Virus record (IMG/VR): IMGVR_UViG_3300037761_000196
Span: 1-29,797 of that record
From: a virus
Taxonomy: Duplodnaviria > Caudoviricetes
Length of the DNA: 29,797 nucleotides
Strand: one strand, 5' to 3'
Below the pieces are notes generated by a model that saw nothing but the letters and a program-made list of their open reading frames with translations, was not told the DNA's origin and ran no database searches. Shown piece after piece: positions 1 through 7,615 of the stretch; the first letter of the stretch is position 1; each line of letters starts with the position of its first letter. The position numbers and the translations under genes were made by a program.

Positions 1-100
1 AAGAGGCAGTCCGGGGACCGGGTGAACGGTCGTCTGACCGTTCGAGGGGGTGGGGCCACTCGGTCCGTTCCCCTGGGGCCAACGAACCCCGTTCAAGACA
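1..100. mobile_element. Probable terminal segment of an IS21-family-like insertion sequence
   Basis: The minus strand from 100 reads TGTCTTGAACGGGGTTCGTTGGCCCCAGGGGAACGGACCGAGTGGCCCCACC: a 5'-TGT terminus plus two internal direct repeats GAACGG-N6/7-TGGCCCCA, like the multi-repeat ends of IS21-family elements. No transposase is in the window. Confidence 0.5.
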
Positions 101-690
101 GGCAGGTGCGTGTAGGTGCGGATGTGCCAGCCGCCCCCGCCCGCTCGCTGCTCGTACCCGGGCAGCTGCTCGCCGATCTGCCGGGCGTGGGCCATCGAGC
201 AGGCGGTGCCGGCCTGCCGCTCGTGCGGCCGGTGTCCCAGCTCGACATCGGCCCGGTCGCACGCGTGGTGCAGCTCCTTGGTGCACTGGGCGGCGTGGTC
301 CGGGTCGAGGCCGGTGATCCGGCTGGTCTGCCAGGCGGTGACCTCCAGGCGGGAGGGCTTACCGCACCCGCGCGGGTATCCGCCCGCGGGGTCGGTGATG
401 GCCGCTGTGCAGCGGGCGGCCCGGTCGTAGTCGTCCTGCACGCAGAGGTCGCACGAGCAGCCGGGAGCGCAGGTGCACTTGGGGAGGATGCCGGAGCCGG
501 GGTCGTCCTCGGCGTCGTCGTAGTTCCCGCCGCAGCCGCAGTCATCGCCCAGGTCGGCGTCGTTCTCGTCGTCGGCGGCCGGGGCGGTCGTGGCGGGGTC
601 CCAGGCAGCGGTGAGGATACGGACCGCCGCGGCGATCTCCTCCGCGCTCGGCGCGCCCGGCGGACCGCCGGGTGCGATGGTGGTGTTCAT
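101..690 (-). pseudogene. Cys-rich early phage protein, apparently interrupted by the IS end (frame runs off the window)
   Basis: ATG at 690 with GGAG upstream: MNTTIAPGGPPGAPSAEEIAAAVRILTAAWD...DCGCGG...KCTCAPGCSCDLC...GGGWHIRTYTHLP, then reading into the TGTCTTG terminus. There is no stop before position 1, so it is missing from the ORF track. Confidence 0.55.
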
Positions 691-721
691 CAGGATCGTC
701 TCCAGGTCAAGGTGTGGTGGT

Positions 722-765
722 GGTCCGGCCGCCTGGGCGGAGGGGCGGCACCGGGCGGCCGGACC
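722..765 (-). terminator. GC-rich stem-loop after a micro-ORF
   Basis: Perfect 12-bp stem GGTCCGGCCGCC (722-733) / GGCGGCCGGACC (754-765), 2 nt after the stop at 768-770. Confidence 0.5.
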
Positions 766-767
766 GG

Positions 768-857
768 TCAGAGGTCCCGCGCGCGGCGGGGCCAGGTGCG
801 GCACAGCGCGGCCGCCGGGCAGCCGGCCAGCAGCGCCAGCCAGGTAATGACGCTCAC
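768..857 (-). CDS. 29-aa hydrophobic micro-protein MSVITWLALLAGCPAAALCRTWPRRARDL
   Basis: GTG overlaps the upstream TGA (GTGA coupling at 854-857). Hydrophobic N-half, basic tail. Confidence 0.5.
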   Translation of the reverse strand: MSVITWLALLAGCPAAALCRTWPRRARDL

Positions 858-1030
858 CGGTCCTCACCGCCGCCCGGCTCGGGCAGACCGAGGGCATCGC
901 GCATCAGGAGGCCGTCCCCCAGCGCTGCGGTTCGGCGGGCGACCAGCCGCAACGCCGCCGTGATCTCCTCGGCCGTGACCGGCCGGAGCGCCCCGACGTT
1001 GTATTTCGTCAGCTCCCGCCGCGGCGTCAC
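854..1030 (-). CDS. Hypothetical phage protein (58 aa, MTPRRELTKYNVGALRPVTAEEITAALRLVARR...)
   Basis: GTGA overlap at 1027-1030. It is the C-terminal part of track ORF 854..1351 and has helical-looking composition. Confidence 0.6.
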   Translation of the reverse strand: MTPRRELTKYNVGALRPVTAEEITAALRLVARRTAALGDGLLMRDALGLPEPGGGEDR

Positions 1031-1341
1031 GGCGCACCGCCGGGGACGTCGTCCAGCCACTGCGCGGCGGGCTCGCCGACCAGGTCGGTGACCGCCGACC
1101 GCAGCCCCTGCCCCGGCGCGTCCGGCACGACGACGCCGAGGTTGCGCAGCTGCGCGTCGTCCATGTCGGCCAGCGCCAGCGCGGGCACGGCGTCGGCGGA
1201 CTGCGGGCAGGCGTGCGGGGGGCCGCCCGCCCGGCGCCGCCTGTCGGGGGCAGTGCGGACCGCGACCTCCCACTGTCCGGTGCAGCCGGCGGCGTGGGCC
1301 GGGCGGGTCCAGCCCAGGTAGGCATCCCTGGTGGGGGTCAC
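1027..1341 (-). CDS. Hypothetical phage protein (104 aa)
   Basis: GTGA-coupled at both ends within the early operon. Confidence 0.55.
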   Translation of the reverse strand: MTPTRDAYLGWTRPAHAAGCTGQWEVAVRTAPDRRRRAGGPPHACPQSADAVPALALADMDDAQLRNLGVVVPDAPGQGLRSAVTDLVGEPAAQWLDDVPGGAP

Positions 1342-2345
1342 CGCACATCACCGCCTGCGGGGGCGGTCGGCGCGGTCCAGGCCAGGGTGAGCACGCACGG
1401 GGCGCCGCGGTCCTCGGGCAGGCGGGTGGTGATCTGCACCTCCGGCGAGGGGATGTCCTCGTCCAGGCCGGAGACGGCGGTGATGCGGTGCCAGCCGTCC
1501 CGCACCGTGGTGCCGAGCGCGGCGTGCCCGGTGACCAGCAGCCGGCCCTCTACCCGGTCGGTGACGGCGCCGAGGAGGACCAGGGCGGGGCCGCCGTCCA
1601 GGTCGATCGTCACCGGCGAGCTGGTGACCGCCGACGCCGCGGTCGTGGTGACCGGGTCGCGGGTGACGGCGGCCTCGCGTTCGGCGGCGAGCAGGTCGGC
1701 GAGGCTGAGCTCGGCGGCCGCCAGCTCGCCGGCCTGGCGGCCGATGCTGGTGAGGTGGCAGCGGGGCGAGCAGTACCAGACGGGCGGCAGGCCGGTGCCG
1801 TGGATGCGGGCGGAGATCCAGCCGTAGCGGTCCGGGGCGCCCGGCTCGTGCTGCCCGTGATCCTCGTCCGTGCCACAGCCCGCCGTGCCGCAGTCCTCAT
1901 CGATGGCGCACGCCGAGCACAGGTCGATCAGGCCGCCGCCCGGCACCCAGGCGCAGCCGCCGGGGCACGGCCGGTCCTCGGTGCAGTCGCACAGGGCGCA
2001 GCGGGCGATGTCGTCGGCTGCGGCGGCGGCTTCCAGGAGGCGGCGGGCCAGGCGATCGGCGGCAACCCGCTGCTCGGGTGCCTCGCCGTAGAGGACCTGC
2101 TCGGCGAGTGCGACCAGGCCGGGCCGGACCGCAGCCGGGGCGACCGCGTTCGCCAGCGGGGCCTCGGGGCTGTTCTCGGCCGCGGCGGCGGCCGGGGACG
2201 TGCCGTTCATCGGGGTGTCCACCAACGGGTGCCTCCGGTAAGGGGGTTGAGTGATCGGAACGGTCGGGGCGGCGGGGGGCTCGGGCTCGTACCGGCTGTC
2301 GGCCCAGTCGGCCAGCAGCTCGGCCAGCGCCGCGCCGGGCGTCAC
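1338..2345 (-). CDS. Hypothetical phage protein with Cys-rich zinc-finger-like motifs
   Basis: Contains CALCDCTEDRPCPGGCAWV...DLCSAC, CGTAGCG and WYCSPRC. GTGA-coupled. Confidence 0.7.
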   Translation of the reverse strand: MTPGAALAELLADWADSRYEPEPPAAPTVPITQPPYRRHPLVDTPMNGTSPAAAAAENSPEAPLANAVAPAAVRPGLVALAEQVLYGEAPEQRVAADRLARRLLEAAAAADDIARCALCDCTEDRPCPGGCAWVPGGGLIDLCSACAIDEDCGTAGCGTDEDHGQHEPGAPDRYGWISARIHGTGLPPVWYCSPRCHLTSIGRQAGELAAAELSLADLLAAEREAAVTRDPVTTTAASAVTSSPVTIDLDGGPALVLLGAVTDRVEGRLLVTGHAALGTTVRDGWHRITAVSGLDEDIPSPEVQITTRLPEDRGAPCVLTLAWTAPTAPAGGDVR

Positions 2346-2512
2346 CGCGCACCGCCCGGGGCGGCGGAGCGGGGGGCGAGGCTGGTGAACGCCCGGTCGG
2401 CCGGGTCCAGGAGGTGGCGCTGCTCGGCCAGGTGGCCCGGGTCCGCTACCGGCACGCGCGCGCCGGTAGCGGACCCGGCCGCGCCGGGGGTGCGGGAGTC
2501 GGGGACGTTCAT
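2342..2512 (-). CDS. Hypothetical phage protein (56 aa, MNVPDSRTPG...HLAEQRHLLDPAD...)
   Basis: ATGA overlap at 2509-2512 and GTGA overlap at 2342-2345. Confidence 0.6.
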   Translation of the reverse strand: MNVPDSRTPGAAGSATGARVPVADPGHLAEQRHLLDPADRAFTSLAPRSAAPGGAR

Positions 2513-3102
2513 CGGGCGCCGCCGGCGGGGCGGTGGGTCAGGGCGGTGGGCATCTGCCGCAGCGGTACGACCAGAGCGGGGCGGCGACGCGGCTGCCGGA
2601 CGGGCAGCCGGGGCGGGAGGTCCGGCGGGAGGGCGGGGCGGCCGTCGAACAGGCCCAGGCCCAGCTCGGTGGCGGCCAGGTCCAGTTCGACCCGGGTGCG
2701 GGAGGGGTCCCACGGGGCGTACAGCACCTCCCGGGTGAGGTGGTGCTGCCCGGTGCGGTGCCAGATCGTGCCGTCCGGCATGGTGACGCTCTCCGCGTGG
2801 ACGGGCCCGTAGGGGGCGGGCTCGATGGCCCAGGCGGTCCAGTGGACGCCGCGGTCCCAGCCGCGGACCATGGTTTCGAGGGTACGGCCGCCGGTGCCGA
2901 CCGGGCGGACGCGGAGCGGGGACAGGCGGGCGCCGGCAATCGCGCGGACGGCCCACCCGGCGGCGAACTGCACCCGCAGCTCCGGGCGTTCCTGCCCGGC
3001 CCAGGTGGTCACGCGCTGGTCCGCCCCCAGGGGGGTCTGCGGGGCCCAGGCGGCGAGCCGCTCACCGGCGGCGAACGCGGCCATCAGCAGATTGGTACTC
3101 AT
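2509..3102 (-). CDS. Hypothetical phage protein (197 aa)
   Basis: ATGA overlap with the upstream gene. Globular, Trp-rich composition. Confidence 0.7.
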   Translation of the reverse strand: MSTNLLMAAFAAGERLAAWAPQTPLGADQRVTTWAGQERPELRVQFAAGWAVRAIAGARLSPLRVRPVGTGGRTLETMVRGWDRGVHWTAWAIEPAPYGPVHAESVTMPDGTIWHRTGQHHLTREVLYAPWDPSRTRVELDLAATELGLGLFDGRPALPPDLPPRLPVRQPRRRPALVVPLRQMPTALTHRPAGGAR

Positions 3103-3533
3103 GACGGGTCACCGCCGTCCTGGAGCTGGGCGGTGGTGAGGTCCGCGGCCTGGCCGGCGGTGAGGAAGTCGGCGCAGTGGATCAGCACCGGGACGCCGTC
3201 GACCTGACCGGTGCCGCGGAACAGGTGCGGCCACAGGCCGCCCGGGATGCCGGGCTCGACCACGGTGCTGGTGACGGTGATGCCGCCGCAGACCTCGGCC
3301 CAGGCGTGGGCGGACGCCGCGTCATCGGCATGGATGTCCAGCGTCAGATGCCCGTCCAGGAGGCTCCAGACCGGGGACATGGCGTACAGCGGGATGTCGG
3401 GGTGCTCGGCCCGCAGGCGCCGGGCGAGGACGCCGATACGGAACATGCCGGCCTCGCAGGCGGCGAGCGGCGCCAGCGGATCACGTTCGTCCTCCGGCGC
3501 GGAGGCGGTAGGGGTGTCGGTAGGCTGGCTCAC
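3099..3533 (-). CDS. Hypothetical phage protein (144 aa)
   Basis: SD-like GAAAGGGG precedes the GTG. Confidence 0.7.
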   Translation of the reverse strand: MSQPTDTPTASAPEDERDPLAPLAACEAGMFRIGVLARRLRAEHPDIPLYAMSPVWSLLDGHLTLDIHADDAASAHAWAEVCGGITVTSTVVEPGIPGGLWPHLFRGTGQVDGVPVLIHCADFLTAGQAADLTTAQLQDGGDPS

Positions 3534-3620
3534 TGGCCTGCCCCTTTCTCGTTGTGGGTGGGTCGAGGGGTCGTCCCGAGACGTGGCGCGTTGCGGGGCG
3601 GCCCCACATCTATGTGCGGG

Positions 3621-3830
3621 CTAGGCGGCGACGTGGGCCGGCTGCTGCCGCTCGCGGCGGCGCCGGACCTCGGCCTCTATCGCCTGGACCGTGCCGAGCG
3701 GATGCCCGGGGTACCAGGCGGCGACCGCCGCCTCGTGCGGAGTACGCGACGCCCGGAGAGCGACAGCAGCGACCAGCTGGTCGGCCGCCGCCCGCAGAGC
3801 GACGTCCCGGGGAACAGGCGCCGTGTTCAC
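3621..3830 (-). CDS. Hypothetical protein downstream of the cro-like gene (69 aa)
   Basis: GTGA-coupled to the HTH gene at 3827-3830. Confidence 0.65.
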   Translation of the reverse strand: MNTAPVPRDVALRAAADQLVAAVALRASRTPHEAAVAAWYPGHPLGTVQAIEAEVRRRRERQQPAHVAA

Positions 3831-4057
3831 GCCGCACTCCGAGCCGGAGTCCGGCGGCCGGCGGTGATGTCTTCGATCGTGCAGTGGAGCACCGTGGCGG
3901 CCGCACGGAGGAACCGGATGCCGCCGTTCACGTGGCCCAGCTCGATCTGGGAGACGTAGTTGTAGGTGTAGCCCACGGCCTCGGCGAACTCGGCGAGCGT
4001 GAGCCCGGCGAGCTGCCGAAGCTCGCGGATCCTGGTGCCGTTGGTCTGGAGGAGCAT
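3827..4057 (-). CDS. Cro-like XRE-family HTH protein
   Basis: IRELRQLAGLTLAEFAEAVGYTYNYVSQIELG is a typical HTH_3/XRE motif. It is the first gene of the early operon and divergent from the repressor. ATG at 4057 chosen as start. Confidence 0.85.
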   Translation of the reverse strand: MLLQTNGTRIRELRQLAGLTLAEFAEAVGYTYNYVSQIELGHVNGGIRFLRAAATVLHCTIEDITAGRRTPARSAA

Positions 4058-4180
4058 AAGAGAAGTCAAGCAGAACTTCTAGAGAAACACCAGTGATTGG
4101 ACGGGCTTCTCTCCTGGTTCACGCGTAGTCACGCAGCGGAGTTCTAGACTTTTGTGAGAAAAACGGGGATCATCCAGGGC
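4058..4180. promoter_or_regulatory. Divergent lysis/lysogeny control region with candidate operators and repressor promoter
   Basis: AT-rich. Palindrome AGAAGT-N8-ACTTCT (4061-4080); TTCTAGA at 4077-4083 and 4142-4148; TAGACT(4145-4150)-N17-GATCAT(4168-4173)-N7-ATG(4181). Confidence 0.6.
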
Positions 4181-4633
4181 ATGACCGAGCCCTCCGTCGA
4201 CATCCCCACCCGTGTCGGGCAGCAACTGGCACGGCGACGAGACGAGCTAGACCTCACCCAAGAGGCGGTGGCCGACCGTGTCGGTATCACGGCCGCAACC
4301 GTCAGTGCCACCGAGCGCGGCAAGACCTCGATCAGCCGGAGGAAGAGGCCAGGGTGGGAAGCGGCGCTGCGCTTGCAGCCCGGATCGCTTGGTCGCGCGT
4401 ACCGCGACGGAACGGACGTGGAGGTGCTGCCCCGCGCGGTGCCAACTGAGCAGCCACGGTCCGCTGATCCCGGTCAGCTGCCGTATGACCCGGCGGACGT
4501 GATGGAAGTGCATCTCTGGCAGAGCTCGGCCCCCGAGCCGATCCGGCGCCATCTGATCCGGGAGTACCGCAAGAAGATGGCCCAGCTGGAGGCCGAACTG
4601 GCGGACGCGGAGGCACAGCGCCGTACCGCTTGA
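4181..4633 (+). CDS. Immunity repressor (cI-like, XRE-family HTH)
   Basis: LARRRDELDLTQEAVADRVGITAATVSATERG is an XRE HTH. Divergent from the cro-like gene and co-oriented with the integrase. Confidence 0.85.
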   Translation: MTEPSVDIPTRVGQQLARRRDELDLTQEAVADRVGITAATVSATERGKTSISRRKRPGWEAALRLQPGSLGRAYRDGTDVEVLPRAVPTEQPRSADPGQLPYDPADVMEVHLWQSSAPEPIRRHLIREYRKKMAQLEAELADAEAQRRTA

Positions 4634-4758
4634 TGCTGATGTCCCATTTGCCGGTCTGACGTTTCGTCACTTTCTTCGCGATTCAGCGCATACCCCTAGA
4701 TTCCTGCACATTGCAGTGGCAGCGTGAGGTGCTCCCTACAGGGCGGTAAGGGGGCAGC

Positions 4759-5583
4759 ATGAACAGGAAAGTTGCGCACTTTGACGTGCAGCTGGCGGCC
4801 ATGGCGCTGGTACGAGCCGATGCCGCGGAGGTACCGGGGCTGCTGGGCAGGCAGTACCAGGCAGCGGTGGATGAAACCACCGCAGCGGCCCTGGCCGAGC
4901 ATCAGGAGAAATTGCGTGCAGGCCGCGAGACGCCGCGGCAGCGGTCGCACCTCAGGCTGATCACCGGGGGCCTGGCCGTGCTGGTCGGCGGGGCCATCGT
5001 CGTGTGGGACCGGCTGACCCGCCCGGCCGTGGGCGTAGCCGCAGTGGGGGCGCTGGTCGGCGTCGCCGCCCTCGCGCCCCCGGCGGGACAGGCGCCCCAG
5101 CCGGCACCACCGGTACTCACCGCACCGGACTACGACCCGGGACCGGCTCCGGAGCCGACCCCCGGGGTGGCGGTACGCCCTTCGGCCCGGGGGTCGGCCG
5201 ACGAAACGGCCGACACCGACAGGGAGTTCCACACCTATGGCAACCAGGACCCGGCCGGCACGGACCAGCTGCCCGACGAGAACGAAGACGCCGCAGGCAT
5301 GCGGCACACTTCGCCCCAGGAACACGACCAGGGGGACACCGGCAACTCGGCCGGCCAACCGCCAACGGACCCCGTGACGGAGCCGGAGAACGAGCCGGAC
5401 GGCGAACTGGCCGAACCCGCACCGGAGGACGAGCCGGACGACGAACCCCCCGAGCCCGTTACGGCCCCCGGCGCGACGCAGCCCGAGGCCGAGCCCGACA
5501 CACAGACCGACCGGCCCTGCGCGCCGCAGGCGGCCGACGCCGCACTCTGCGCCACGGGCGAGGAGACACAGGAACAGAGATGA
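4759..5583 (+). CDS. Membrane protein with Pro/Glu/Asp-rich stalk and C-terminal Cys pair
   Basis: SD AAGGGGG. Hydrophobic segments LITGGLAVLVGGAIVVW and AVGVAAVGALVGVAALA, a long acidic low-complexity region, then CAPQAADAALC. Its stop overlaps the integrase ATG. Confidence 0.8.
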   Translation: MNRKVAHFDVQLAAMALVRADAAEVPGLLGRQYQAAVDETTAAALAEHQEKLRAGRETPRQRSHLRLITGGLAVLVGGAIVVWDRLTRPAVGVAAVGALVGVAALAPPAGQAPQPAPPVLTAPDYDPGPAPEPTPGVAVRPSARGSADETADTDREFHTYGNQDPAGTDQLPDENEDAAGMRHTSPQEHDQGDTGNSAGQPPTDPVTEPENEPDGELAEPAPEDEPDDEPPEPVTAPGATQPEAEPDTQTDRPCAPQAADAALCATGEETQEQR

Positions 5584-7178
5584 CGCTCACGCCACACGCC
5601 ACCATCCCCCGCAGCACCGGACCACTGCCGCCGGCGGGCACCGCGCGAGGGCTGATCCCCGCCATCGGCTACATCCGCGTCTCGACCTGGCGCGAAGAGA
5701 AGATCAGCAACCAGATCCAGAAAGCCGTGATCGAGGAAGCCGCCGCGCGGCGCGGCCGGTACATCGCCCTGTGGATCGAGGACCTGGACGAGTCCGGCCG
5801 CCACTTCAAGCGCAAGGTGATGCAGGCCATCGAAGCGGTGGAGGGCGGCACCGCGGCCGAGATCTGGGTGTGGAAGTTCAGCCGGTTCGGCCGGTCGCGG
5901 TACGGGGTCGCGATCAACTTGGCGCGCGTCGAACAGGTCGGCGGGCAGCTGATGTCCGCGACCGAGGCAATCGACGCCACCACCGCTACCGGGCGGTTCA
6001 CCCGCGGCATGCTGTTCGAGGTCGCGGCGTTCGAGTCCGACAGGGCCGGGGAGCAGTGGAAGGAAACCCACCAGCTCCGCCGCAACCTCGGCCTGCCCGC
6101 GACCGGCGGCAAGCGGTTCGGGTACCGCCGCCACCCGCGCCGGATACCCGACGGCGAGGGCGGCTGGACCATCCAGGAAGAACGCTACGAAGTGCTGCCG
6201 GCGCCCGCCGAGATCGTCGTGGACTCCTGGCAGCAGTACAACACCGGCCGCATCGGCTACGGCACCGTAGCTCGCTGGTGGAACGGAGCCGGGTGGACGA
6301 ACACCCGCGGAGCACCGTGGCAGGACCAGGCCGTCCGCTGGTACATGGACTCCGGATTCGCCGCCGGGCTGCTGATCCTCCACAACCCCGACGCACAGTG
6401 CGGCAACCCCGGCCGCTGCCAGAAGAAAGATCACTACCACTACGCGCCCGCCGAACACGAGGCCATCATCACCGGCGACGAATGGGACACCTACCGCGAC
6501 CGCCGCGCCACACGCGCAGCCACTCCCCGCCGCGCCCTCTCACCCGTCTACCCCCTCGCCGGCCTCATCCGGTGCGGTCTGTGCCGGGGCGCAGCAACGA
6601 TCCACCAGTGCAAAGGCATCCGCGGCTACGCCTACCGCTGCGGCCCCCGCGCCCGCGGCGCCGTGGACCACGAGGCGGTATGGATCCGCCGCGCCCTGGT
6701 CGAGGACCAGGTCCTTGCGTGGCTCCACGACGTCCGGGACGAGATCGACGCCATCGCCGCCGGCACCATCGTGACCCCCACCCCGGAGCCCGCTCCGGAC
6801 GCCACGAAGCAGCGGCGCCGCCTCACCCGGCATGTCAGGGAAGCCGATGCCGCCCTGGACCGCGCCACGGACGGATACGTGCGCGGACGCATCCCGGAGG
6901 ACGCCTACCTCCGCACCAGGGACCGGCTGCAGGCGGAACGGGACCGGCTGCAGGCCGGCCTGGACGCGCTCACCCCGGCTCCGCCACCGCGGCCCGACCC
7001 GGCGACCCACCGGGAACCCGTGCGAGGGCTCCTCGCGGAGTGGACCACCATCGCTGTGCAGGACAAGCGGCTGACGCTCGCGAAGCTGATCCGGCGGGTC
7101 GAGCTCCACCCCGATGACGCGGTGGAAGTCGTCCCGGTGTGGGCGCCCCCCGACCCCCCGCCGTCCGCTTCCGCCTAG
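5580..7178 (+). CDS. int: Large serine integrase (resolvase + recombinase + zinc ribbon/coiled coil), 532 aa
   Basis: AIGYIRVST catalytic motif, VWKFSRFGRS, IDATTATGRF, PLAGLIRCGLCRG...YAYRC zinc ribbon, coiled coil. SD GAGGAG and ATGA overlap at 5580. Confidence 0.95.
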   Translation: MTLTPHATIPRSTGPLPPAGTARGLIPAIGYIRVSTWREEKISNQIQKAVIEEAAARRGRYIALWIEDLDESGRHFKRKVMQAIEAVEGGTAAEIWVWKFSRFGRSRYGVAINLARVEQVGGQLMSATEAIDATTATGRFTRGMLFEVAAFESDRAGEQWKETHQLRRNLGLPATGGKRFGYRRHPRRIPDGEGGWTIQEERYEVLPAPAEIVVDSWQQYNTGRIGYGTVARWWNGAGWTNTRGAPWQDQAVRWYMDSGFAAGLLILHNPDAQCGNPGRCQKKDHYHYAPAEHEAIITGDEWDTYRDRRATRAATPRRALSPVYPLAGLIRCGLCRGAATIHQCKGIRGYAYRCGPRARGAVDHEAVWIRRALVEDQVLAWLHDVRDEIDAIAAGTIVTPTPEPAPDATKQRRRLTRHVREADAALDRATDGYVRGRIPEDAYLRTRDRLQAERDRLQAGLDALTPAPPPRPDPATHREPVRGLLAEWTTIAVQDKRLTLAKLIRRVELHPDDAVEVVPVWAPPDPPPSASA

Positions 7179-7180
7179 GT

Positions 7181-7226
7181 GTGTGTTTTCCCTTGGTGGT
7201 TCACAGACCACCATGGAGAAGCACAC
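7181..7226. other. Putative attP site of the serine integrase
   Basis: GTGTGTTTTCCCTTGGTGGT-TCACAG-ACCACCATGGAGAAGCACAC: a 46-bp imperfect inverted repeat (15/20 arm matches) starting 3 nt after the int stop. Size and position fit a serine-integrase attP. Confidence 0.65.
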
Positions 7227-7228
7227 CA

Positions 7229-7260
7229 GAGGGCCCGGCCACTACGGCGGCCGGGCCCTC
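7229..7260. terminator. Stem-loop between convergent int and accessory genes
   Basis: GAGGGCCCGGCC-ACTACGGC-GGCCGGGCCCTC, perfect 12-bp stem. Confidence 0.7.
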
Positions 7261-7272
7261 GCGTGTTGGAGG

Positions 7273-7554
7273 TTACTCCGCGGACAGGTATCGGGCGTAG
7301 ACCCGGTTCTCGTTGATCACTCGCCCGGCCGTCACCTCATACCGGTGCCCGTCTCCGTCGAACGCGCGACCGGGCAGCGCTACCCGGTCGTGGCGCAGCG
7401 ACCACGCGTAGGTCCGCGCGGCGCCGGACCCGCCGGGCACCTGCCCCAGCAGCGCCCATCGCCCGGGCCGGGCGCGCAGCTGCGCGGCGGCCGCCCGCAG
7501 CTCTGCCTCGGTGCGCGGCACCTCGTCGGCGGGTTCCTCAAACCGGATGCCCAT
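7273..7554 (-). CDS. Hypothetical actinophage-type protein (93 aa)
   Basis: SD AGGAG. Pattern LRARPGRWA...YEVTAGRVINENRVYARY. Confidence 0.75.
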   Translation of the reverse strand: MGIRFEEPADEVPRTEAELRAAAAQLRARPGRWALLGQVPGGSGAARTYAWSLRHDRVALPGRAFDGDGHRYEVTAGRVINENRVYARYLSAE

Positions 7555-7581
7555 GTTCCGTTCTTTCTCCTGTGGAGGTGA

Positions 7582-7607
7582 GCCCCGGCCGCCGCCGCGG
7601 CCGGGGC
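7582..7607 (-). terminator. Stem-loop after the NUDIX gene
   Basis: GCCCCGGCCGC-CGCC-GCGGCCGGGGC, perfect 11-bp stem. Confidence 0.5.
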
Positions 7608-7615
7608 CTCCCGTG

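Noticed and set aside
3585-3600. CGCAACG in the early-operon intergenic region as another CAA hairpin
   Set aside because: Only two base pairs flank the loop before a mismatch, so it lacks the stem seen in the late leaders.
22-3959. Long plus-strand ORFs (22..963, 1488..2738, 2533..3207, 3177..3959)
   Set aside because: Antisense shadows of the GTGA/ATGA-coupled minus-strand operon. Stop-poor frames are expected at this GC content.
5004-5579. 192-aa N-terminal extension of the integrase in the ORF track
   Set aside because: Arg/Gly-rich off-frame overlap with the membrane protein gene. The SD and ATGA overlap place the start at 5580.
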